NCBI GenBank assembly: GCA_002633005.1
Contig: NMRA01000112.1
Location: 116,819 to 180,818 of the forward strand
Direction of reading: 5' to 3'
Origin: Phoronis australis
Taxonomy: Eukaryota > Animalia > Phoronida
Length of the DNA stretch: 64,000 nucleotides
Part shown: in pieces, positions 47,857 to 60,448 of the stretch
Numbering within the stretch: the stretch's first letter is position 1
How the letters are laid out: each line of letters begins with the position of its first letter
Position numbers and translations under genes: made by a program
Notes under the pieces: generated by a model
Told to the model about the DNA's origin: nothing
Database searches by the model: none
What the model saw: only the letters and a program-made list of their open reading frames with translations

Positions 47857-50800
47857 GTGAGTTAGGACGTTGGGATTTCCATTTAGAGCCGTGCGGTGTT
47901 TCGACAATGTGTCGGTGCGCGCAGTTCTCCAGTTCGGCCTTGGCTGTGGATACACCATCACACCGTCACCGGGCCCTGATTTTCGATAAACCGGCCAATC
48001 ACTGGATAACGAGCCCGTCATTGCGTAGGCGAAACTGGTTCTTCAAAACAGGGACAGCTACATCTCACCAATTCAGTGGCTATTTCGTTTCGATCACTTG
48101 TTCCTGTGGTTCAATGCTCATGTCAAGATGAACCTTTTATTTTTACGTAGACTACGTTAAAGTACTGAACCATGTTTTCATGATTTCAACCAATCCTCGT
48201 TGTGACACCTGTTAATTAATGCATCATTGGTGTCAAACCTCCATTTAAAGGCAGGAATAAACTAAAAACTCATACTCCCTATGTCACAGCTTGGACATTA
48301 TGGTCCTTGGTGGGTGTTCTTTTCCCCAAAGTTGCCCGGTCTTTTGCTAAACAGCGTAGTTCGTGCTTGCGTGTTTAGCAGACTTTGAAATGAGTTTTTA
48401 CAATTTCATCTAATTTTGAGGGTTGTCCATGGTTACAGAGCATTGCGGGAAAGTGGTTTTTATTAATTGGTAAAAACAGGGTTTGGTATCCTTTTAAGAT
48501 AAGTATGTCTACTTGTTGCTTTTTTAATTTTCTTCACTGCATTATCAAAATCAATGATTGTATGATTAGTGCTTTATTGTTGATGTCTGACTCATAAACA
48601 GATTAAATATAAAAAGTGTATTCTACTGTACATGTATACTGACCTCCTCAGATGTGGAATTAATTAAAACACATTCCTACTGCATTTCGGAAGGAAAATA
48701 AGGAGAGAAATTAGTGCAGAGCTGGGGCAGGTATCAAGCTTGTTATCCACTTATGATGCTGGCTAGCATAGAGCCCCATAATCGTGTTTTGATATTAAAA
48801 ATTTGACTCTGGAGTCTGTGACCTCATGAACCTGTCTTGATTGCCATTATGAAAACGTAACTGCTGGTGACAAAGTTCGTGAAATTGATTTGTCCCTATT
48901 TCGGGTGACCTCAAAGCAAAGTTGCTTGGTACGCAGTAGCTGTTTTTCATCTTACATGTATGCAAAGTGATTTGAAAGACAAAGTGGATTGTGGATTGTC
49001 TACCTTCAGCAGGTCTTTGTTGCATTGCTACGGTTTAGTCAACCAATCTTTGTATGGAAAATGAAAGTCATTTTCATTGGTAGTTGGGATACTAATAACT
49101 CTTTTCCTGTTTAGTGCGCACTATGACCAACAAGTGAGATTCTGTTTATTAAATTCCTCCGCAAAATTAGAGATCTTAACAAAATTTTAATTTTTAGCCA
49201 GCACTATTATGTACTGTGCAGATGTCAATTTCAAATGACATTTGCTAGTTTCCATTATTTACAACAAGGTTACCAATCTTTGAAAAATCGAAAACTGATG
49301 ACAATTTTGGCAATTATTTTTGTGCGATAGCATTGTAGAATTACTCTAATTTGTTTTCTCGGAACCCTAATACCTTTGGAACTGAGAATTGCTTTTGAAT
49401 GTATGTTTAACCTAGGAACTAGTACAGGTTCATAAGTTTGACTCTTACATTAATTCAGCAATAAGTAATAACATTGTCACTTCCCTTGAACAATTTATGT
49501 GCTTGGACACTATGCAACCATTCAGATTACTGACTGGTGTTTTCATTACGAGGGAAAGTAAGTCATTTCAAGTTGCCCTTCTGTGTCATGTTACAGTATT
49601 ACAAAATACTTGAATGGGAACTGCTGTGGGGGCCATCAGGCCAGGCAGCAAAAAGTCAAGCTGTTATTTACAATTCAAGTGACATGACGAGCACTCTGTT
49701 TTGAGATTGAAAATTTTGTTTGTTTGTTCAAAATACACCGAATGTTGTTTTCTCAAGCATCCAACAAGGCTGGTTTCAGTACAGTGCTGTGGGATGCATT
49801 GTGAGTTGCCTCAGTATTTTGATACTGGTTACAATTGGGCGATGATGAGAGATTAATTTCCTCTAAATTTATAACCAGAAAGGCTCCTAAAAATGTGCTG
49901 GGTCAGCTGAAGATGCAACGACATATTCATCTTTTCAAATTCCAATTACGGTATATGAAAATCTTCAGCTTGGGACACTATATGCCAGACAGGTGAAATC
50001 TCAGTTTTTATCTGTTGTGTTCGAAAAGGCGTAGAGTTTGATTCCAGAAAAGGGGAAAACATTTTTTTCAAGTCTTTAAACTTGTTGAATTTTTGAGGGC
50101 ATAATAACTACCTTAATTTTCACTTGTTTAGCATTTACCGGGTATTTACCGATCATTGAAATTTTATTTTGTTAAATTAATTAAAAAGTTCATTTAGTCT
50201 ACAGGTATTACAAGCACAGTTGGCTGTGGGTAGATGTCCTAAAACAACATTTGCTCAAATTCTTATTTGCAAAAAAGTGAAAAAATTACCATTTTGGCAA
50301 TTGTTTTGTCAGAAATAAGTGCGGGAATCACAATAAGCTGAGTGAGATGAAACCTTAGAAGATAGTAAACTTCCAACTGGGTTGGTATTCGTTTTTAGAT
50401 AATTGCTGGTAATTCCATGAAATCACCGTAAACAGCAAAAAATGAAAGTGGGTTTACTTGCATTTCCTCAAACTTATTTTTTGCCAGTAGTTGTTTCACA
50501 CACTTCCAACTTGTTTGTTGAGTTGTTTGTACCCAGTGCTAAGGGATGAATCATCGCTACAGTAAACATGGCCCCAAAAGCTGTGTTATGTTACTGGCAT
50601 CTTTTCATAGCAGTTAGTCCCAGGGCATTGAAATTTTTGTTTGAGCCCAGCGGGTCTGTGAAATACTTGCATGCTATGTTTTGAAACCTATGGTATCCTT
50701 TGTATGGCTTGTTAAGTGAATTGTTGGTGCACACTGCATGGAAAATAAATTTTTGGGTAATTTTCATTCAGCTGTAAGTCTAGTATGAGTTAAGTCAATA

Positions 50801-53800
50801 TGTTTGTATTTTTGTGGCACGAACATTTCAAACATTTCCTTACTGATGAGTGCTGAATGATGTGAAATCCTGTTATTGTGCACAACCCTTCTTTGATCTA
50901 ACTAATGGAGACACTAGGCATGAGTCAGACGGATATATTTTCATGTGCATTGACCAGTTCAAATTTGTATGCTCACATTTTTTCCTCCTAAAACTTAAAA
51001 GAGTTTTACCTCGCAGAAATTTTCACTGGCTACTATGTTGCATTGCCGACTTCATCAGTGACCACTACGTGGCGACATCAACTATGTGTTGAATCAACAG
51101 TTCAAATTTTTTTCCTGTAATATTCTGGCCACAAGGGGTTCTTTGCAATCTTTAGATTAGTTATTTACAGCGTAAACGATGTGTTCTTGGCCTGATTTGA
51201 TGGTTATGTTCCAGGATGTTGAAATGTATCTTGCTTAAGTACTATGAAATGACAATTGCTGTTTAGCTTATTTCTTAGCTGTCGCAATGTCATATATTGG
51301 CCATTCACAAAATATTCCAAATTCCCATAATTATTATAAAACTTTATTTCATTTGCCACAAGGACTGTCCACGTTTTTTGAGACACCTTTTGAAATTTAG
51401 AATATCATCTTGCAAACTTAATGCTTAAATTAAATCTTGTTTTATATTACTCACAATTCCAACTGCATTGTTCAAGTCAATGATAAAAAAGGAATTTTTG
51501 ATTTCATTTTGATTGATTTTGATTAATATATTTCTTGGATTTCTCATGTAAACTGTTCTTGGGATTAGTCCCATTCAAGTAATTGCCAGCATTGCAGTCT
51601 TGCCTTTTTTTAGAAGCTGGACACGTTATTAAAGTGCTCCATATTTTACAAATTTTTATGTTAAATATAAAAAACGCGCTAATGATGAAGTGAACTTTAT
51701 ACTTTTTCTAAAAAATTTGACAAAATAGCATTTCACATTGTGGTATCTGGTAAACTGTGCGTTAAACTGAAGAGTGTTTACTTATGGCAGTACAAGATTT
51801 CAGGCCTGTCGAAGATTTTAGCTGCACCAACTACCGATCCCTAACATTATCTGTTGTCAGCAGGTTGACTTAACTGCTGACTTGAAGACAGTGGGAAAAC
51901 AGAAGTAGGGGTTGATAGCAGGAACATGTACTATCTAGACAGGTTTACAAATACCTGTATGATCCCTTCAGCCATGACACCATGGCATTTTTGTTCAGAT
52001 AAGGAGCAGTTTGGGGCCTGGGGGTTGCACTTCCAGTGACAGTTGAACACTGTCAAATTTTATTGACACCTATTCTGTTGTGCGTCAGTGTGCTCTGATG
52101 TCAAAGAGTGCATCAGTTGAGCTTAGGTGGGTAATACTGGCACTTGGGCGTTACATATGTGCTCATGTTCTGACATTCTTCTCAGTATCTGTGAAAACGA
52201 GATATCTGATCTGGTGTCAATGAAATCATGTTTTGCCGACAATTCTAAGATGCAATATATATGAATTAGTCCTCCCATGGTGTTAATACCAAAACTTTGA
52301 AATATTTTTCCTTTTTTTTGAACTGTTCATGCCAACAGGCCCAGCTGGTGGCACATAAAACTACTGGTAACCTCCTGTTGTGCCTCCTGTTTTAGGCAGT
52401 CCGAAAAAAAATAGAATCTAAACTAAGACAACCTCCTGACTTGCCTGTACACAAAGTTAGTGTCAAAGTACTAGTATTCCATTCCATTCCATGATAGCTA
52501 CTGCGACTTGATTTCCTTTACCTTGAAGGATAGTCAATCTCATTCAAAAAATGCATCAAAGTAATATGGCTTGTCAATCTTTCTGAAAATGTTCAATCCA
52601 GTGACGGGCTGGCTTTCAGAAATTTAAGATTTTAGATTGTGTAGGACCTTGTCCACAACTTTGTGCATTTAGCTAAATATTTCCAATACTATAGGTTTCA
52701 CATAAATCTGTTTAAGGCATACTGCTATATCCTGTACTGTTATGTGACAATACTGTTCGCCTTTTATTAATATTTCCTTGTACTCACTTGCTGTCTCTTC
52801 CACTCTGGTCATACCTCAATACATCCCATGTACCATGTTATCTTTGGTGTAGAGATGATGAAATCCAGTCGAAAAGACTTGGAAATGATCTGACAAATCA
52901 ACATGTACTTAACCTTAAATTGCAAAAATTGGTGTTTAATTTTATTTGGGTAAATGCTGTGGCCAAGGTTACCACAGAACTGGTAGATGTAAAATTTGAG
53001 GACTGCGACCCCATCCAGGTTTGGCAAACAATAAAGCAAAGAATAGGCACAGTTTTGCTAGGCGCTGTTGTTTCGGATAGATAACATGACCGGCTGCTGG
53101 TGAAAGTTGATAACTGTTTAGTCCAATAGGAGGCTAGTACGGTACTCATTCTACTATCCAGAGTGCTTGCACATGGAACAAAAAAGATGGGATGGTGCTA
53201 AGCAAAGCATAGGTACTTCAAACAAGGGGTGATTATGGTTTGACAACCATTTCATGTCTCCTTCAGTAAAGAGAATAAGGAAAGTGGGTGTTTTCCCTCT
53301 GGAACAATGCAAGGTTCTACTGAAACTTGAGCTTGTCGTTTCTCAATTTTAGTTGGGAAGATAAAACTGGAGTGTTTTTTACAGGCACGTAGTTTTAAAA
53401 AATATATTAAAAAATTCTGGTTGTATAAATTGGATACTGAAGTTAAAAATTTGAAAATTTTGCCTGGAATAGGTTGGCCAGCAAAGCAAAGGGTGTAAGT
53501 CACTAAGGATTATGGTAATTGCGTTACAGAATGGATTTCTGCGCAAGCCACCCGAAAGTAAAATTTTCAATGCAACATTTATCTCCAGCAGATGTACTGT
53601 GTTTACAAAATCAAGAGTTCCTCTGCCTATTGCCCGGTTTATGTTCTAGGACACAATGTTTGATATCTTACCATGAGTTTAGTTTATGAATTTATTTTAT
53701 CAGTCACTTTATTGTTTCAGCAATATTGTGCGGCTAATGTAATAGCATGCTTAATCAAGATTGCTGACAGTTTGCATGTGATGTGAAACCAACTTGAAGT

Positions 53801-53849
53801 TTCATCTATTTTTCAGGCTTGCACAATAAACTGCTCATCGTTGAGGGAG

Positions 53850-53915
53850 ATGAATTTGATCTTACGACTTCTGAGTTTAGTTCTTGTTTTTTCAAATTGT
53901 GCAGTCACGTCTTTG
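53850..53915 (+). CDS. First coding exon (exon 53817-53915) of an unidentified secreted or membrane protein: signal peptide MNLILRLLSLVLVFSNCAVTSL
   Basis: ctatttttcag acceptor, GAGATGA start context, n/h/c signal-peptide pattern, TTG|gtaagt donor. No further exon was recognised in the window. Confidence 0.6.
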
Positions 53916-54616
53916 GTAAGTTGCTGATTTTGTTTCATTCACTTGATTGGCCATATCTCCAGTAGTTTTTTCTAGTGTTTCACCCAGATAGGGGTACAGT
54001 CTCAGGAGGTGTCATTTTCCATCTACAGTTAATTTTTTCATTGCCCACATTGCTTTCAAAGTGGGAATAAATGTTAAAGCTTATTTTTCCCTGTCATAAA
54101 CTTATTAATGCAATGTTTTGCTTGTGTTCTTCAAAGTTAGTGGTCTTGCTTGCAACTGCTCAAACTCACAGTAAAAATGTTTGTGAAAATACTTTAACTT
54201 TGGCCGTTTCACGAAAGGGGAGGGGTATTTATCTGAAGCTGCTTTTACTCGGGGGGGGAACAGTTGTCACGGTGCGAGTTGTCATAGTGCAAGTTGTCAC
54301 GGTGCGATGCTCCACTTATGTCGCATTTACACAACATTAGATTGCCAACTGGATCAGCTCGAAGCACTTACACGAAGACTGTCTGCGCATGCTGGAATAA
54401 ACAATTGCGAATGTCCAAATCATGTGGAATGTCAGCAGATCACCTGTTTATACGCTATTGTGCAAACGCGTTGAAAAATGATCCCTTTGTGCCCTGCCCC
54501 AGTTATGTTTAGATGTGTAGTTGACATTGCAGCAACTGATCGAGTGCAACTCCTCTACCCTTCAAACCAGTGTCAAAATGACCTCGGCAGTGTCAACTTG
54601 CTCCATGATAGTCGTG

Positions 54617-54619
<3 letters not shown>

Positions 54620-54649
<30 letters not shown>
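54620..54649. repeat. (CA)n microsatellite
   Basis: About 14 consecutive CA units. Confidence 0.95.
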
Positions 54650-54652
<3 letters not shown>

Positions 54653-56850
54653 TGTCCCATCAGCTGTTCTATGTTAGTTGCTATGTGACAGCGGTCTCCC
54701 ACGTAAATGTGGCTTAAGGAGCGTGATGTTAACATCATTAGGAAATCCGGCCGTTTAGTGCTTCTTGTAGTTGGACAATGTATCTCTACACCAAAAGTTG
54801 ATCTGTGTTCCTGTTGTGTGGTACCGAGCATAATCATCGCATTAGCGATGTACGCAGGGCAGTGAATTTATACTTGAAATAGATTGAAATGTCAAGCCAG
54901 GACCGAAAGTGGTAATTTATAACGTGTTTCGACTTTTGAAATTGAATTCCTGTGAAAAGTTAGGGCTGAATTCCAATGTTTTGTGGAAGAAATACAATTA
55001 TATAAAAATTAGCCAAAACGCTGTGATGAGTTTTTGCTTCTTGACAACAATTATGAGCCTGTTTACAGATAACTGACATTTGCCCTGTGACATCCGGCAA
55101 ATGAACAAGCTTATCGCTTTACAAAAGAAAGATAATGATGTCAGGGCCTCTGAAAACTGGTGTCGTCTGGAATACGGACTAAACCGGAGTTAGTTATAAT
55201 GTTACCATGTATTTCAGAGTCCTAGAAATTTTGCAGGAATCGTTTCACAAGAATCATTTCCGCTAGTCTGTTTGTCCCCATGTGGTCAAGATGACTAGCA
55301 AGTTCTGTAGCCCCTATTGGCAAACCCTGAGAACGCCCTTGTCACACATCTGTGGAGGAGACTGATAGCATCAGTTGCATTAGTTAAAGGAATGAACAGG
55401 TGTCTATTAATCCTGTGAAATTTGATGGGTCTTGATCGAATCTCATCAAATTTGTGTTCCAATGCAAACAATTTCCTCCTAAAAATTTGCCTGAAAAATG
55501 TTGAGATTGTATCAGGCAATTTTCACATGTGAACATCACTTCTGTCAGAATTGATCCATCAGTAAACGTGCAGTAACTTGATACGATCCACTCATGATCT
55601 ACTCATAAGTGCCGTTTACTATACAAAAGTTGACATGGATCAGCTGACACCGAACAAGATGTTCCATCGCAAATATGTGTGTAAACGGGACTGTCACAGA
55701 GCAAATTGATACCGCGGTGATAACTTTTGCAACCCATTTGTGAGGTAGAGCAACTTAAGCTCGATCATCTTGGTGTGTGTGTCATTTGTATGTCTAAACG
55801 CGAAACTGGGGCAAGTCGGAAAGGATCATCTCTGCTGCGCTTGTGCAATGACCTACATACGGGTTCTGTGTCTCTGCAACTCCCACTATTTGAAAACCTG
55901 CACATGTGCGTTCCACTCTCCTGTCTACAACTTCCCGTCTTACCACAGTTAGTGAGTTGGGTGTGTAAACGGATGCTTGACACCTATCAATTTGCTGTGT
56001 CATTTGCGCTGGGCCAAAAGTTGATATCTAAACAGAACTATTAGGTTTCTATGAATGGTTTGCACAACCTGTTGATTGAATGCATATTGTGTGTGTTCAG
56101 ATGAAAACGTTGACTTATGAAACTAGTGTTTTAAACTTTAAGTGTGATGTTTTGTTGTCTTGGCAGCTGTACTGCGTGCACTGCGCTGTGCTGCACTGCA
56201 CTGCACTGCACGCGCCTGTTGAAAGGTAAAAATTAAGCAGACACTTCATCAAAACTGCTCTGCCCTCCACCAAGGTTTCGCCCTGCACATATTACTGGGG
56301 GGGGGTGACGAAGGTCCCTGATTCCAGTTTCGCTTAAGTGTTTTTCAATATGTGTGTTCTCTCATAAATGTGTTAGTGTGGTTGAGAATGTTTATGAGTG
56401 CATTGTAAGTGTATGCGTTACAAGGGTTACCAGCGGCTGAAATAGGCATGTCTTCCATTGATTGAACCACGTATAATACCCAGCTTTTGCTCTTTTCTCT
56501 AGGTCCTAGACATTTGTCCTAAAGTGTCAAAATCTGTCAGGACATTTTGAAATCAGTCGCACAAAAATTGTCATTGGTTTATGGTGACCAAACTAAATTT
56601 ATCGCCGGTAGAAAAATTAGAAACGTTTTCCTTGAGCTGTCAAGTGTGTGACAAACGTGAGAGGCAAAGGGAGCGGATTCTATCCACCCTATTCCCGGAA
56701 ATGAATCTGGCAAATGTCTGGACCAAAGTAAATCACTTGGATATTCTGAAACTAAATCTGACCCAGTCAAAATGTCTGTGCACACCAAAAGTATTCAGAG
56801 TTTTCTGTCATGATGACTCAGGGTAGAAGTCAAATTCATCATCAGAATAG

Positions 56851-57074
56851 TCCTCTCTCATGGCCCATAGTGAAGGGTATATCAGCAAAGTTAGAAAGGT
56901 GGCTAATCCTCTCTCATGGCCCAGAGTGAAGGGTATATCAGCAAAGTTAGAAAGGTGGCTAATCCTCTCTCATGGCCCAGAGTGAAGGGTATATCAGCAA
57001 AGTTAGAAAGGTGGCTAATCCTCTCTCATGGCCCAGAGTGAAGGGTATATCAGCAAAGTTAGAAAGGTGGCTAA
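56851..57074. repeat. 56-bp tandem repeat, 4 copies, inside a dispersed repeat
   Basis: TCCTCTCTCATGGCCCAGAGTGAAGGGTATATCAGCAAAGTTAGAAAGGTGGCTAA x4, one substitution. Confidence 0.95.
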
Positions 57075-58049
57075 GTCATTCTGAAGTTAAGATTTGCGCT
57101 ATAGTCATTACCAGTTGTTGGTAGTAACAGAATTAGCCATTGTGGCTTGGTAAGTTTGTCCGATTACATGTGTCATGTACTGTTGTTCTCAAATTGAGGA
57201 AGCACTTCCTCTCTAATGCTTAAATGTGATTCTGGGCAATCAACCTGAACACAATCGCATCCGTTTTAAACTCGGGGATAATGTGGAATATATTGCAGTG
57301 GTCAGATTTTTAAAGGGTTGGCCCGACCCCAAGCGTTTTCACAGGGGCCGATTCCCGATTTTTGTGGCAGCGGTTGCTTTACTCAACTAACAATATTTTG
57401 GCCAAGTCTACTGTGGCGGTTTAACCCCTCTGAATGCCTAGAAGATCCTTACACTGCTTAAATTGTCTGGATATTTTTCATAACATTGGAAATTAAAGTT
57501 GTATGGAAAAATCCGAGACCAACAGAGTGCTTGTAACTGGCCTTGGGATTTTTGGACAACTGAATAGAAGAAAATGCGGTTTTAAATTAATTACTAAGGA
57601 GGGGGAGGGCCGGGTAAACAAGTAGACTGGCAATTAAGTTAAATGAGGGTATACTGAAACCAGGATATTAAACAACATGATGTGGAATATCTAAATGAGG
57701 CATCTTAGATTGTTGACGGCTATTGGGAAAATGAAAAAAATGTGAATTTTGATCTGATTTTAGGGATTTTACTTAGGTTTGGCGAGATTTGCAGTGTTTT
57801 CATGGACTGACATAGCAGAAAATTCTTTTCTGTTGTTATCTTTAGGAGTTTACTATAATATACAATGCTGCAGGAAGTTTCTTTTTTGCCAAATTATAGA
57901 GTTTATGCTTTGTGAATTTCAATGTGCAGGTGAACTTGTGCAGCTGTCTGACTTCCTCATAAAATATTTCCTGAAATGTATCTAGATTGCTGCAGAATGT
58001 CATAAACAACTTCAGGAAATGATAATGGTGGTGAACCAGAAACCCTTAA

Positions 58050-58506
58050 GATTATGTAGGGCCTTCCACATGTCTGTTTTATCTAGCCAAAAGTGTATGC
58101 ATTTTTGAAAGTAAAAAGCCGGTAGAATTTCATTTTGACTTTACACCACTCTGAAATGAGTTGTATCACACGATCATATCCGTTAAAAATAATGGAATCA
58201 ATAACGTGACCAAATTTTGGATGACACAGATATTCAAGATGAGATCTTAAAAATGCTGTAGCAGTTTTCTAAATTATCATTATCAACTTTTGAGTTTTTT
58301 ATTGAAAATCATACAAGTCTTATTTTTGATAACCCTTGTGCAAAAGTGGAAGTTCAACATTTTTATAGCAATCCCTAACACAGATTTTGAGAGTGTTACA
58401 TAAAGCATAGTACCTGAAAGTTTCATATGAATTGGATCAGTCATATCTGAGATATATTGTTCCAAAGTTAGCCAAATGTGGAATTTTTGTAGGGTCCTAC
58501 ATAACT
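58050..58506. mobile_element. TTAA-associated (Kolobok-like) MITE; related right end at ~38040-38200
   Basis: ttaa-GATTATGTAGGGCC ... GGGTCCTACATAAC-tttta. AGGGTCCTACATAAC and the agtttcatatgaat core recur at ~38107-38199. Confidence 0.55.
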
Positions 58507-59275
58507 TTTATCCTATTGTCATTTCGGCCTAGTCTTCCAATCATTTCAGTGGTGACCACTGCTTAGTTGCTGGTGCACACTGTAAAGTGCCTTCCAAACG
58601 CACAGACTTACCCTAGAACAAATTACTCCTAGAACAAGTTGTCGCTAGGTTTGGAGGCTGTGTGGACGTTACTTAACTTTCCCCGTTTGTGACAACTTAC
58701 TCCATCTTTTCGAGGTAGGGTACCTTGTTCTACAGGTTAACTTGCGCCGCTTCTAATTCCTGTGTGTCTGCAAATCTGGAGCAAGCCAGAAGTAACTGTG
58801 GTTACATTAAGACTGGTTCTCTTTTGCACGCCATACTGATACTCGCATTAGGTGGAGAACAACAACTTCTGTCTTGCCCTAGTTATCAGATATGTTAGTG
58901 TGTGGACGCTCCACTCCGAGTCTCGCTGGTTCCCTGCGTGCCGCTAGGTGGGGCGGTAGCCGCGCCAGCACGTAGGTATCACTTAAATTTCCTCTGTAAA
59001 TTTTTTTACACCGGCGTGTCTGATTGGCTAGTCGATTCGTCAACAGGCAGCACTTTGCGCAAGCAAACTGGCATGGCTGATGGACTGAAGTGTAAATGTG
59101 GTCTGTTGTACAGACAAACCGGTGCTTAAAATTATGTTCAGGAAATGTGAAGCCTAGAAATTGTGATTGAGCCTTTTCGGAATGCATCTTTCTACTGTCG
59201 ATGACTTTTGTTTACGATAGTGTCCTTATACAGTATGAATAACACACCGTAATATGTGTTTATTGCGCATGTATN

Positions 59276-59694
59276 TTTTATCCTATTGTCATTTCGGCCT
59301 AGTCTTCCAATCATTTCAGTGGTGACCACTGCTTAGTTGCTGGTGCACACTGTAAAGTGCCTTCCACACGCACAGACTTACCCTAGAACAAATTACTCCT
59401 AGAACATTAGTTGTCGCTAGGTTTGGAGGCTGTGTGGACGTTACTTAACTTTCCCCGTTTGTGACAACTTACTCCATCTTTTCGAGGTAGGGTAACTTGT
59501 TCTACAGGTTAACTTGCGCCGCTTCTAATTCCTGTGTGTCCGCAAATCTGGAGCAAGCCAGAAGTAACTGTGGTTACATTAAGACTGGTTCTCTTTTGCA
59601 CGCTATACTGATACTCGCATTAGGTGGAGAGCAACAACTTCTGTCTTGCCCTAGTTATCAGATATGTTAGTGTGTGGACGCTCCACTCCGAGTC
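59276..59694 (+). repeat. Near-identical direct duplicate of ~58506-58922 after the N at 59275 (probable haplotype)
   Basis: Colinear with few SNPs; the copies diverge after CCACTCCGAGTC. Confidence 0.9.
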
Positions 59695-60164
59695 AGAAGT
59701 GGGGTAAATTGCATTAGTGCAAGTTGTTCTAGGATAGGCTGTGTGTGGACAGGTCTTGAGCAAGAATAGCCGATTATTCACAAAATCCTCTAGAGGTCAA
59801 TTGTGTTTCACGCTTTTGTTCTTGTGGGATCTTGTCAAACTGTCAAAAACTAGCCTTATAATAGGGATATATCCCAGGTCAAACTAAGTCCAACACTGCA
59901 ATGAATGCAAGAATAAGTTTAAGCACACTTTCATAAAAGTAATGCCGAATGACAGCACTCAGTGAGCCTGGATGGGCTGCCAATCACCACACTAGTTTCA
60001 GTATCACTTTAGTGCAGTTGTGAAATATTGCTGCATGAGTACACCCACATAAACAACTGTCCTTAATATTGTACAGTGACTCATCCCTGGTGCCTATACT
60101 GTGAATAATAGCCACCCATTTCTAAACAGATGCTGGAATTTCACCTTTTCAAGGTACCTAAACT

Positions 60165-60448
60165 ACATGGTTAACGGAATTATAAACACGGTCACGAATG
60201 CATGAACACGTGCATTTGACACGTTAACGTGGCAAATTTTACATGTTTGACAGGCTAACGTGGCAAATTTTACACGTTTGACTGGCTAACGTGGCAAATT
60301 TTACACCTTTGACATGCTAGCGTGTCATGTTTTTACACGTTTTACACATTAACGTGGCAATTTTGACACGTATTACACGTTTTTTACACGTTTGACATGT
60401 TTGACATGCTCAAAAGCGTGTCAAACGTGTAAAATTCTCACCCGGGTA
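60165..60448. repeat. Degenerate ~30-bp tandem array (TTTTACACGTTTGAC..GCTAACGTGGCAAA), probably within a small TIR element
   Basis: Repeated acgtggcaaattttacac/tttgacatg units ending in an inverted tcaaacgtgtaaaatt. Confidence 0.6.

Noticed and set aside
52400-53240. Possible decayed L1/Tx1 LINE (LVFNFIW..., DPIQVWQTIKQRI)
   Set aside because: Only vague motifs in an unexpected order, with no RT or endonuclease core.
60390-60412. p53-like TGACATGTTTGACATGCTC site (SPATA18 is a p53 target in mammals)
   Set aside because: It lies within a tandem repeat about 39 kb from the SPATA18 start, and the half-site spacing is imperfect.
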